From: an uncultured Methanomassiliicoccaceae archaeon
GTDB taxonomy: Archaea > Thermoplasmatota > Thermoplasmata > Methanomassiliicoccales > UBA472
DNA: 63,894 nucleotides
Assembly: GCA_964354665.1 (NCBI GenBank)
Contig: CAYHAO010000002.1
Coordinates: 8,800 to 72,693 of the forward strand
Direction: 5' to 3'
A program made the position numbers and the translations under genes. A model generated the notes under the pieces. It made no database searches and had not been told where the DNA came from. It saw only the letters and a program-made list of their open reading frames with translations. Numbering within the stretch: the stretch's first letter is position 1; each line of letters starts with the position of its first letter. Positions 9,424 through 17,674 of the stretch are shown here, piece by piece.

Positions 9424-11163
9424 TCAGAACAGTTTGGCGCGCTGCGCGTCGAGCACGTCCGCCGGCAGGGCGTAGAAGCCGATCTCCTCGGCCACCCTTT
9501 GCCCCTTGGCCGAGTCCAATATCCAGTTCAGCCACTGCCAGGTCGCGCCCTCTGGGGCGTCGGCCGTGTACAGGAACAGGTACCTGGCGATGTTATACTG
9601 TCCGGATAGGACCGCTTCCTTGTCCAAGGGAGAGTATGCCGGTGAAGCAGCGTCCTTCTTGATGTCCAGTATGTCGATTCCAGAGGCGCTCGCGACGTAG
9701 CCGATGCCCACGTAGCCAATGCCGCCATCGTTGATCTTCACAGCCTGGACGATGGCCGCGTTGCCGGTCATCTGATTCATGCTCGCGGCGTAGGCGCCGT
9801 TCAGCAGCACATGCTCCTGGAAGTACGCGTAGGTGCCGGATGTGGATTGCCTGCCGTATAGATCGATGCTTCGGTCAGGACCGCCGACCTGGTTCCAGTT
9901 GGTGATGGTGCCGTTATATATGCCCCGCAACTGAGCGATGGTCAGGTTGGTCACGGTGTTCGACTGGTGGGTGATGATGGCAATACCGTCGACCGCCACC
10001 TTGAACTCGACTGGGTTCAGTCCAGCCGCGGTGGCCTGCGACAACTCCGAGGACTTCATGGCCCTGGAGGCCTGCGCTATGTCCACCTGCTTGGCGATGA
10101 GCGCTGTAATTCCAGTACCACTGCCTCCACCGGAGACCTCGACGTTGATCCAGGACTTGTTCTCGTGGAACTGCTCAGACCAGGCGCTGCAGAGCTCGAG
10201 CATGGTGTCCGAGCCCTTCTGCGCCACCGTCTGCTGATCCGCCTCGCCCAGCTTGGCCATTCCCTCTTCCACGTCGTACCAGGGGAGGGCGTAGAACCCG
10301 ATCTCAGAGGCGACCTGCTGGCCCTTGTCTTCGGTCAGGATCCATTCCACCCAGTCCTTCACCGCACCGCTGGGGTTACCGTTGGTGTAGATGAACAGGT
10401 ACCTGGAGAGGTCGTACTTCGCTGAGAGGACCGCGCTCTCGTTGAGCGGGGAGAAAGCCTGGGAGCTGGCATCCTTCTTGATGTTCAGGATGTCGATGCC
10501 CGTGGCGCCAGTAACGTAGCCGATGCCCACGTAGCCGATGCCCCTGTCGTTGATCTTCACAGCTTGGACGATGGCCGCGTTGCCGGTCATCTGGTTCATG
10601 CTGGCGGCGTAGGCGCCGTTCTTCAGGACGTGCTCCTGGAAGTAGGCGTAAGTGCCAGAGGTGGATTGCCGACCGTACATCTCGATGGCCCGATCAGGGC
10701 CCCCGACCTGGTTCCAGTTGGTGATGGTGCCGTTGTAGATTCCCCTCAGCTGCTCCGTGGTCAGCACGGAGACGGTGTTGCTCTCGTGGGTGATAATGGC
10801 GATGCCATCGATGGCCACCTTGAACTCCACCGGGTTCACGCCCGCCGCCAGCGCTTGCTCGATCTCCGAGGACTTCATGGCCCTGGAGGCCTGCGCTATG
10901 TCCACCTGCTTGGCGATGAGCGCTGTAATTCCAGTACCACTGCCTCCGCCGGAGACCTCGACGGTTATGTTCTCCTCATCCGCCCCGAATTCCTCGGCCC
11001 AAGCGGACGAGAGCTCGAGCATGGTGTCCGAGCCCTTCTGCTTGATCGTCGTCTTGGCCGGTTCGTTGCTCCCTCCGTCGTTGAGCAATAGAACACCGGC
11101 CACTGCCGCTATTAGTATAACGGCCGCGACGCCGATCGCGATCATCATGTTCTTCTTTTCCAT
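9424..11163 (-). CDS. pstS: Phosphate-binding protein PstS, tandem two-domain form (two complete PBP modules in one 579-aa polypeptide) with N-terminal membrane anchor
   Basis: N-terminal TM segment MMIAIGVAAVILIAAVAGVLLL. The block QKGSDTMLEL..W.E.F....…VEVSGGGSGTGITALIAKQVDIAQASRAMKSSE…LRGIYNGTITNWNQVGGPDR…YGRQSTSGTYAYFQEHVL appears twice. Confidence 0.9.
   Translation of the reverse strand: MEKKNMMIAIGVAAVILIAAVAGVLLLNDGGSNEPAKTTIKQKGSDTMLELSSAWAEEFGADEENITVEVSGGGSGTGITALIAKQVDIAQASRAMKSSEIEQALAAGVNPVEFKVAIDGIAIITHESNTVSVLTTEQLRGIYNGTITNWNQVGGPDRAIEMYGRQSTSGTYAYFQEHVLKNGAYAASMNQMTGNAAIVQAVKINDRGIGYVGIGYVTGATGIDILNIKKDASSQAFSPLNESAVLSAKYDLSRYLFIYTNGNPSGAVKDWVEWILTEDKGQQVASEIGFYALPWYDVEEGMAKLGEADQQTVAQKGSDTMLELCSAWSEQFHENKSWINVEVSGGGSGTGITALIAKQVDIAQASRAMKSSELSQATAAGLNPVEFKVAVDGIAIITHQSNTVTNLTIAQLRGIYNGTITNWNQVGGPDRSIDLYGRQSTSGTYAYFQEHVLLNGAYAASMNQMTGNAAIVQAVKINDGGIGYVGIGYVASASGIDILDIKKDAASPAYSPLDKEAVLSGQYNIARYLFLYTADAPEGATWQWLNWILDSAKGQRVAEEIGFYALPADVLDAQRAKLF
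9427..11052 (-). repeat. Intragenic tandem duplication of the whole PstS binding domain (2 x ~819 nt)
   Basis: Protein halves aa 38-310 and 311-579 align at a fixed 273-codon offset. The 84-nt run at 10045..10128 is identical to 10864..10947. Confidence 0.85.
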
Positions 11164-11326
11164 TCTAGAACCACCTCATATCTTGGGTCTTGAGTCCCGC
11201 CGCGTGGGGCCGATGTACTAGGAAGGCAGGAGGAAAGCGAATGTCTGCAACAATCCTTTCGGTTCGTTCCAGTCAGGCTAGGACTCAAGGTGCATTTCCT
11301 CGAAATTGCCGAGAATTATATACTCT

Positions 11327-11359
11327 TATATTCGTATGCAAAATAGAATATATTCGTAT
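11327..11359. promoter_or_regulatory. Two perfect 11-bp direct repeats TATATTCGTAT spaced 22 bp start-to-start, in the pstS / AbrB-PhoU divergent promoter region (candidate operator)
   Basis: Copies at 11327..11337 and 11349..11359. They sit inside the most AT-rich part of the 275-bp intergenic region, next to TATA-like AACTATATATAATATATAC (11377..11395). Confidence 0.4.
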
Positions 11360-11438
11360 ATTTTATGGTAATTCCAACTATATATAATATATACTGTAAG
11401 TACATCATTTACTGATACATCTTTAGAACTTACATAAG

Positions 11439-12455
11439 GTGATGGAATTGGAAATAAGGCGTGTACAGAAGACTGGAGCCTCGACAATGACCGTGTCGTT
11501 GCCCAAGGATTGGATAGAGGCGAATTCCATCAAGCCTGGAACGCCGGTAGTGGTAAGGGCCATGATCGACGGCACCATCTCCATAGATCCTAAAATGCAG
11601 CAGGAAAGGGTGGAGAGCCGTAAGGTCATAATGGTTGAGGACAACGAAACCAAAGAGCACCTGACACGGAAGCTAATCGGCGCTTACCTTGCCGGGTATA
11701 ACATCATCGAGGTGAGGTCGAAGGGGCGTTTGGACCTCGACCTGAAGCATGGTGTCAAGGAGATTTCCAGGATGGTAATAGGTCCCGAGGTGATCGAGGA
11801 GACGAGCAACACCATAGTCCTTCATGACCTCTCTGACCCAGTTGAGCTCCCTCAAGAGAAGTGCGTCCGCCGGATGCATCTGATAGTGGACAGCATGCAC
11901 AAGGATGCCATCGTCTCCCTGCAGGATGAGGACGAGGACTTGGCGCAAGATGTGATCGACCGGGACACGGATGTGGACCGCCTGTATTGGATGGCGGTCA
12001 AGCAGTACAACCTGATCCTCAAGGACCGCAAGCTGAGCGAGAAGATCGGGGTCAACATCTACGAAGGCATGAGCAATATGCTGGTTGCTAGGGGGATTGA
12101 GCGCATTGGTGACCATGCTGAGAAGATCGCCCACAACTCCATCATCCTGGCCAAGTCCGGTAACAAAATCACCGACCTTAAGGAGATAGGCGATTTGAGC
12201 GAACAGGCCATCAAGATATTGGACATGGCCATGCAGGCTTTCTTCCTAAAGGACATCGGATCGGCGAACGAAATCATCGACAAAGGGGACAAACTGGTCC
12301 AGCATTGCCAGGACCTCGGGAGCAATTCTCGAATGCCAACAAATATCTCCGCTGTGGTAAGGACCTCCGTGCTCGATTCCATAATCCGCACCACGATGTA
12401 CGCCATGGACATCGCCGAGGTCGCCATCAACGGCGCGATGAGAATGGATACTTGA
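11439..12455 (+). CDS. Phosphate uptake regulator: SpoVT/AbrB-type DNA-binding domain fused to PhoU domain
   Basis: N-terminus MELEIRRVQKTGASTMTVSLPKDWIEANSIKPGTPVVV is an AbrB/SpoVT swapped-hairpin motif. The remainder has PhoU-type repeats (…DRDTDVDRLYWMAVKQYN…, …ERIGDHAEKIAHNSI…). GTG at 11439, ATG at 11442. Divergent from pstS. Confidence 0.8.
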   Translation: MMELEIRRVQKTGASTMTVSLPKDWIEANSIKPGTPVVVRAMIDGTISIDPKMQQERVESRKVIMVEDNETKEHLTRKLIGAYLAGYNIIEVRSKGRLDLDLKHGVKEISRMVIGPEVIEETSNTIVLHDLSDPVELPQEKCVRRMHLIVDSMHKDAIVSLQDEDEDLAQDVIDRDTDVDRLYWMAVKQYNLILKDRKLSEKIGVNIYEGMSNMLVARGIERIGDHAEKIAHNSIILAKSGNKITDLKEIGDLSEQAIKILDMAMQAFFLKDIGSANEIIDKGDKLVQHCQDLGSNSRMPTNISAVVRTSVLDSIIRTTMYAMDIAEVAINGAMRMDT

Positions 12456-12519
12456 AGGCATTGCCAGGTTCGAGCCCTTGCTAATCTTCTTAGGCTTCCT
12501 TCAGAAATTCCAGTTCTTC

Positions 12520-12708
12520 TCAATATCCGGCCAAGGGGCCGTCCGAGAACTCGGACCAGAGCATCTGATGGCATTTAGGGCAGTAGAAGCGCTTCTTGCG
12601 TGAGTAGGCGAAGAAGATCAAGGCGGCCGAATCCAGGAGGGTGCGCTCCCTCTCCTCGACCACCAATTCCTCCTTGCTCCCCGTCCAACCGCACTTGTCG
12701 CACTTCAT
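12520..12708 (-). CDS. Small zinc-ribbon protein (CxxC ... CxxC), hypothetical
   Basis: ATG start. MKCDKCGW…YCPKCHQ gives two CxxC pairs. Lies 49 nt downstream of the dehydrogenase gene on the same strand. Confidence 0.4.
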   Translation of the reverse strand: MKCDKCGWTGSKEELVVEERERTLLDSAALIFFAYSRKKRFYCPKCHQMLWSEFSDGPLAGY

Positions 12709-12757
12709 GTCGCGCCTGTAATCACTTGGGCAAGGATAACTCTTACCGGTTCCGAGC

Positions 12758-13966
12758 TCACTTGGACCTCTGGTACGATTTCCAACGGCTCTCCAGGCTC
12801 TGGTCCTTCAGAGTCTCCATCAAGTATTGTGCGAACTGCTCCCCCGTGGCGCCGTTGGAACGTCCGGTGATGACCAGGCTCCTCTCGTACTGGCAACATA
12901 TGTCGAGGGCCTTCTCCAGGCGAGCTGATTTCTCAGTGAAGCCTATGTGGTTCAGGAGCATGGCCGCGGCCTTGGTGATGCTAGATGGGTCCGCGTAATC
13001 AGAGCGACCTTCCTCCACCATCCGGGGCGCGGAACCGTGGATGGCCTCGAACATGGCATACCTGGTGCCAATGTTCGCGCTTCCTGCCGTCCCGACACCC
13101 CCTTGGATCTGCGCCGCCTCGTCGGTGATGATATCGCCGTAAAGATTGGGCAGCACCATGACCTTGAACTCGTGCCTTCTCGCTTCGTCTATCAGCTTGG
13201 CCGTCATGATGTCGATGAACCAATCATCCCATTTGATGCCAGGATAGTCCTTGGCCACGCGCTCGGCCACGCTGAGGAACTTGCCATCGGTGGCCTTGAC
13301 CACGTTGGCCTTGGTGATGACCGTAACCTTGTCGATCTTGTTCTTCTGGGCATGCTCGAAGGCCAACCTGATTATCCGCTCCGAGCCTTGGGTGGTGGCG
13401 ACGCAGAAATCGAACGCCAGATCGTCCGTGACGTTGACGCCCTTGCTGCCGAGGATGTAGGAGCCCTCGGTGTTCTCCCTGAAGAACATCCAGTCGATGT
13501 TCTGCGAGGGTACTCGCACGGGGCGCACGTTGGCGAAGAGGTCCAGCTCCCGGCGCATGGCCACGTTGGCGGACTCGATGTTAGGCCATGGATCCCCTTT
13601 CTTGGGCGTGGTGGTCGGCCCCTTGAGGATGACGTCGCACCTCTTCAGCTCGATCAGCACGTCCGAGGGTATGGGCTTGAGGAGCTTGACGCGGTTCTCG
13701 ATGGTGAGCCCCTCGATGGTTCGCAGCTCCACCTTGCCCGAGGATATCTCCTCGGCGAGCAGGAACTCCAGCACCGTGCGGGCGTGCTTGCAGATGAATG
13801 GCCCGATGCCGTCCCCGCCCACGATACCGATGACGATGCCCTTCTTCTTCTTCGAGTAGTCGGTCCAGCCCTCGGCATGCTTCATCTGCTCCACGCGCTC
13901 CAGCTGCTCTTTCACCAGCTTGCCGAAGTGCTCCTTGGCCTTCTCAATGACCACCTGGTCGACCAT
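12758..13966 (-). CDS. Isocitrate/isopropylmalate dehydrogenase family protein (Icd-like, 402 aa)
   Basis: Motifs GGDGIGP, LKGPTTTP, SANVAMRRELDLFANVRPVR, NLYGDIITDEAAQIQGGVGTAGSANIG and FEAIHGSAP are beta-decarboxylating dehydrogenase signatures. The long N-terminal extension resembles Icd rather than a short LeuB. Confidence 0.85.
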   Translation of the reverse strand: MVDQVVIEKAKEHFGKLVKEQLERVEQMKHAEGWTDYSKKKKGIVIGIVGGDGIGPFICKHARTVLEFLLAEEISSGKVELRTIEGLTIENRVKLLKPIPSDVLIELKRCDVILKGPTTTPKKGDPWPNIESANVAMRRELDLFANVRPVRVPSQNIDWMFFRENTEGSYILGSKGVNVTDDLAFDFCVATTQGSERIIRLAFEHAQKNKIDKVTVITKANVVKATDGKFLSVAERVAKDYPGIKWDDWFIDIMTAKLIDEARRHEFKVMVLPNLYGDIITDEAAQIQGGVGTAGSANIGTRYAMFEAIHGSAPRMVEEGRSDYADPSSITKAAAMLLNHIGFTEKSARLEKALDICCQYERSLVITGRSNGATGEQFAQYLMETLKDQSLESRWKSYQRSK

Positions 13967-13978
13967 CAGCTCATCACC

Positions 13979-14482
13979 TCATTCCAGGTTGAAGCCGCCA
14001 TGCTTCTTGAAATGCTCGGCCAGGCCGCCCTCGTTCAGTATCTTGACCATGACCGGGGGCAGGGGCGTGGCCTTTATCCTCGAGTCCTTGGTGACGTTGA
14101 GCACGAAACCCCTCTCCAGATCGATGCGCAGCTCGTCCCCCTCCTCGATGCTGGAGGTGTCGCACTCGATCACCGGCAGCCCGACGTTGATGCAGTTCCG
14201 GTAGAAGATCCGGGCGAAGTCCTTGGCGATGACGGCGGTTATGCCCGCGGCCTTGATGACCAGGGGCGCCTGCTCCCTCGACGAGCCCATGCCGAAGTTG
14301 TGCCCGGCCACGATGAAGTCGCCGTCCTCGATCTCATCGTAGAAGCCGGGGCGGATGTCCTCCATGAGATGCTTGGCCATCTCGTTCATGTCCGTGCTCT
14401 TGAACTTGTACTTGCCAGCGATGATGTAGTCGGTGTTGATGTTGTCGCCGAACTTGTGCGTCCTGCCGTACAGCTCCTTCAT
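13979..14482 (-). CDS. leuD: Aconitase-family hydro-lyase small subunit (3-isopropylmalate dehydratase / homoaconitase type)
   Basis: The internal ATG at 14482 overlaps the leuC stop (ATGA). MKELYGRTHKFGDNINTDYIIAGKY…IVAGHNFGMGSSREQAP…FARIFYRNCINVGLP are LeuD/HacB signatures. The 406-aa track ORF is an artefactual upstream extension. Confidence 0.85.
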   Translation of the reverse strand: MKELYGRTHKFGDNINTDYIIAGKYKFKSTDMNEMAKHLMEDIRPGFYDEIEDGDFIVAGHNFGMGSSREQAPLVIKAAGITAVIAKDFARIFYRNCINVGLPVIECDTSSIEEGDELRIDLERGFVLNVTKDSRIKATPLPPVMVKILNEGGLAEHFKKHGGFNLE

Positions 14483-15732
14483 GCCAGCACCTCCCTGGGG
14501 TCGGAGATGCAACCCTTGATGGCCGAGTAGGCGGCGGTCGCCGGCGAGGAAAGGTACACCGACGCCTTGGTGTTGCCCATGCGGCCCTTGAAGTTGCGGT
14601 TGGCGGTGGAGAGCACGACCTCGTCGTCGCTGGGGATGCCGTTGCATGTGCCCACGCACGGACCGCAGGAAGGGGTGGTCACGGCCGCCCCGGCCTTCAC
14701 TAGCTTCTGGATTATCCCGCAGTCCATGGCCGCCTCCATCACCTCTCGGGAGGCGGGGGCCACTATCAACCTCAATCCTTTGGCCACTTTGTGTTTGCCC
14801 ATCACATCGGCCACGATCCTCAGGTCTTCGATGCGACCGTTGGTGCAGGTGCCGATGAACACTTGGTCCAGTTGCTGTCCCAGCACCTTCTCGATCGGAA
14901 CCACGTTGTCGACGTCCGGGGGGCAGGCGATCTGCGGACCTAGGTGGGAGACGTCCTCCTTGATCACCTGGTCGTACTTGGCATCGGCGTCGGCCTCGAC
15001 CCCCTTGAAGCCATACTTGGCGCGACCGGAGACGTAATCGATGACCTTCTGATCCGCGACCATGAGGCCCACCTTGGCACCGGTCTCGACCGCCATGTTG
15101 GAGATGGTCATGCGCGCCTCGACCGAGAGGGAGTTGATGACCTCCCCCCCGACCTCCAGCGCCTTGTAGGTAGCCCCATTGGCCGTCAGCCTGCCGCACA
15201 TGCGCAGGGCGATGTCCTTGGAATACGAACCTTTGGGAAGCTTGCCCACGTACTCGAGCTTGATGGTCTGGGGCACCTTGAACCAGGTCCTGCCGGAGAT
15301 CAAGGCCGCAGCCATGTCGGTGGAACCGACGCCGGTGGCGAAGGCGTTCAAAGCCCCGTACGTTGTGGTATGGGAGTCCGCTCCGATGATGACGCTACCA
15401 GGCAAGGCATAGCCCTGCTCGGGAATCAGGACGTGGCACACCCCTTCGCCCACGTCGAAGAGTATGGAGCCCTGCTCCTTGGAGAAGGTGCGCATCTCCT
15501 TGTGCAGATTGGAGACCGCCTCCATCGGCGAGGGGGCGTTGTGGTCTATCACCACGGCGTAGCGGTCGGGCCTGGCCACCTTCTTCCCGTTCATCTCCTT
15601 GAAGGCCCGGATGGTCAACGGCGTCGTCCCGTCCTGGCTCATCATGAAGTCCACAGGACACACCACGATGTCATTGGCGCGCACTCCCTTTCCCACGTGA
15701 TTCGAGATGATGTTCTCGGATATCGTTCCCAT
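14479..15732 (-). CDS. leuC: Aconitase-family hydro-lyase large subunit (3-isopropylmalate dehydratase / homoaconitase type)
   Basis: Fe-S ligand motifs …IGADSHTTTYGA…, …IGTCTNGRIEDL… and …TPSCGPCVG… The 417-aa length is typical of archaeal LeuC/HacA. Confidence 0.88.
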   Translation of the reverse strand: MGTISENIISNHVGKGVRANDIVVCPVDFMMSQDGTTPLTIRAFKEMNGKKVARPDRYAVVIDHNAPSPMEAVSNLHKEMRTFSKEQGSILFDVGEGVCHVLIPEQGYALPGSVIIGADSHTTTYGALNAFATGVGSTDMAAALISGRTWFKVPQTIKLEYVGKLPKGSYSKDIALRMCGRLTANGATYKALEVGGEVINSLSVEARMTISNMAVETGAKVGLMVADQKVIDYVSGRAKYGFKGVEADADAKYDQVIKEDVSHLGPQIACPPDVDNVVPIEKVLGQQLDQVFIGTCTNGRIEDLRIVADVMGKHKVAKGLRLIVAPASREVMEAAMDCGIIQKLVKAGAAVTTPSCGPCVGTCNGIPSDDEVVLSTANRNFKGRMGNTKASVYLSSPATAAYSAIKGCISDPREVLA

Positions 15733-15963
15733 GTCATCACTCCAAGCGACCGTTACTGTCCTTCCGACCCAAGCTCGCCGATAGCGCTGTCCTCGAAAGG
15801 CTGGAAAAGTGATAATGGGTTGGCTACTAAAGTATTTCGGACGGCGACGCTCCCTTTCGGCATCAGAATCTGGATGCTAAGGCCGCATGGGCCAGCATAT
15901 CGATTTTCTTTGGAACAGCTCCTGGATTAATGTCAAGAAAACGGACGACCACTGGGCGACCGC

Positions 15964-17004
15964 TCATTGATGGAGACGGAAGCGGAGCAAAGCGGCCATG
16001 CCCCCCAACGCCTCGAGCTTCTTGCCCGCCTCATGATGCTCGCTCACCACCATGACATTACCTCGAGAGGACTCCACCGCCTGCATTAGCGTATCTAAAT
16101 CCTTCTGCCGTAGGATGGAGTCTAGCACCAGCAAGGTCTCGACCGCCCCAGAGCGGACCGCTTCCTCCACCTCCTTCGGACCATACGCCACCGGCCCTCC
16201 CTTGGCGATCTCCTCCAGGACCCTCTCCACCATGTTGGTCTCCTCGGCCACCCTGGAGCCCTCCAGGACTTCGGCGCCCATGCCCCTCTTCATCAGCTCA
16301 TGGATCCCGGCCATCCCCGCTTGGCCCGTATGGTACACGTGGATGTTTCTGAAGATGTCGGGCTCCTTCTGCTTGCCCATGGCCAACAAGGTCTCCTTGG
16401 CGAAACCAGGCCCAAGGACCACAAGTGGCACGCCTTCCGTCACGAGCTGTTTCACCTTCTCGAGTATCTCGAGGTAGAAGTCGTCGTCGCTCTTCTGCTC
16501 GTACATCTTCCCTCCCGAAGGCCCATAGATCGTGGCCAGGTTCTGCATCCCATATTGCCTCATGACGGCGATGGTGGCCTCGTCGTTCTCCAACGCGACG
16601 AAGACGATGGTGGGACGTTTGGAGTCATCCAGGGCGCGCTTGATCCGGTCAAGGGTCGAATCCTTCCAATGCAACTTGACCACGGTAAGGACCTCTCCCT
16701 CCTCCACGTTCAAGGTGTGATGCGCCCCTAGGTCCTGAGGCCCCTGCTCGATTATGCCAGTGATTCGAAGCCTGGAGTCGAACTCGTGGAACTCCATCTT
16801 CTCCACGCGGATGCCGAGGAAGACGCGCTTCTTCTCTCCCCTCTCGGAGCGGACCTTGTCCGACTTCTGCTCCTCCCTGCGATAGGTGGAGGCGAGCACC
16901 AGGTCACCTAGCTCGATGATATTGTACAGATGCCAGAGGTCGTCCATGTTGTCGACCTGAAACTTTATCTCGCCGGTCTTCCGGTCCTGGTGGAGGAGGC
17001 GCAT
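15964..17004 (-). CDS. pelA: mRNA surveillance / ribosome rescue protein Pelota
   Basis: MRLLHQDRKTGEIKFQVDNMDDLWHLYNII… is a typical Pelota N-terminus, followed by eRF1-like domains. I chose the ATG at 17004; the track ORF starts 22 codons earlier. Confidence 0.88.
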   Translation of the reverse strand: MRLLHQDRKTGEIKFQVDNMDDLWHLYNIIELGDLVLASTYRREEQKSDKVRSERGEKKRVFLGIRVEKMEFHEFDSRLRITGIIEQGPQDLGAHHTLNVEEGEVLTVVKLHWKDSTLDRIKRALDDSKRPTIVFVALENDEATIAVMRQYGMQNLATIYGPSGGKMYEQKSDDDFYLEILEKVKQLVTEGVPLVVLGPGFAKETLLAMGKQKEPDIFRNIHVYHTGQAGMAGIHELMKRGMGAEVLEGSRVAEETNMVERVLEEIAKGGPVAYGPKEVEEAVRSGAVETLLVLDSILRQKDLDTLMQAVESSRGNVMVVSEHHEAGKKLEALGGMAALLRFRLHQ

Positions 17005-17125
17005 TCGTCTAGAGGATGCGGTCGAGCGTATTTTACGGTTAGGTGCAGAGCATAATAGGCGATAAGGCAAGGCTTGATCAAAGTCAAAAAATGGAATGAG
17101 AGGGGCGAGCCCTCCAATATGGGTT

Positions 17126-17428
17126 TCACTTCTTTATTAGTGACAGGGTCGTCATGTGGTCGAACACAGGGAAAACACGACCTGTGCAGAAGTCCATTGG
17201 CGCCATAAACTCTGGCTCCATCATCATGAGCTTCATGAGATTATCCATGCTCGGAGTCTCATAAAGCACATACACGGTATGCGCTAGATGGTCGTCATAG
17301 CTGCCAAGGAACTTGATGCCATACTTGGCGCACATGGGTTCGACTTTCTCATACCAATTTATGGTTGCTGCACGGAACTTCGGGTTGTGTGTCGGGCATA
17401 GATCGGCCGGATGTGTCGTTACTTGCAT
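17126..17428 (-). CDS. Hypothetical 100-aa cytosolic protein, family not recognised
   Basis: ATG at 17428 (track start 17437 is TTG), with GGGAGGTTGG upstream. Composition is non-repetitive. Divergent from carA. Confidence 0.45.
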   Translation of the reverse strand: MQVTTHPADLCPTHNPKFRAATINWYEKVEPMCAKYGIKFLGSYDDHLAHTVYVLYETPSMDNLMKLMMMEPEFMAPMDFCTGRVFPVFDHMTTLSLIKK

Positions 17429-17674
17429 TACTAGCAATTACCAACCTCCCACAATGATAGTTGATGCACTAAGTAGTTAATTCCTTGCTTTGCCGCGATA
17501 ACAGGACCTTAGCATATGGCACAGATAATCTACCCAACTTCGCCGTTTTTGCGCGGGATTGAGCTGCTGTCCGTTTTCAGACCCATCTGTCCTCTATCAG
17601 ACATGGCTTCACGCGCTCTGTCCTATCGAATGTGAGAAGGGTTAAGTACCCCCTAACTTTTCCATCGAACCTTA

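Noticed and set aside
11190-11387. 65-aa + strand ORF inside the pst/phoU divergent promoter
   Set aside because: It starts at TTG and runs through the AT-rich TATA and repeat region, so its C-terminus is just translated promoter sequence. It has no RBS or coding-like composition.
12947-14530. 527-aa ORF on the + strand opposite the dehydrogenase and leuD genes
   Set aside because: Its composition is low-complexity and rich in G, D, L, H, R and P. It lies exactly antisense to genes with strong family motifs. This is a typical shadow ORF of a GC-rich genome.
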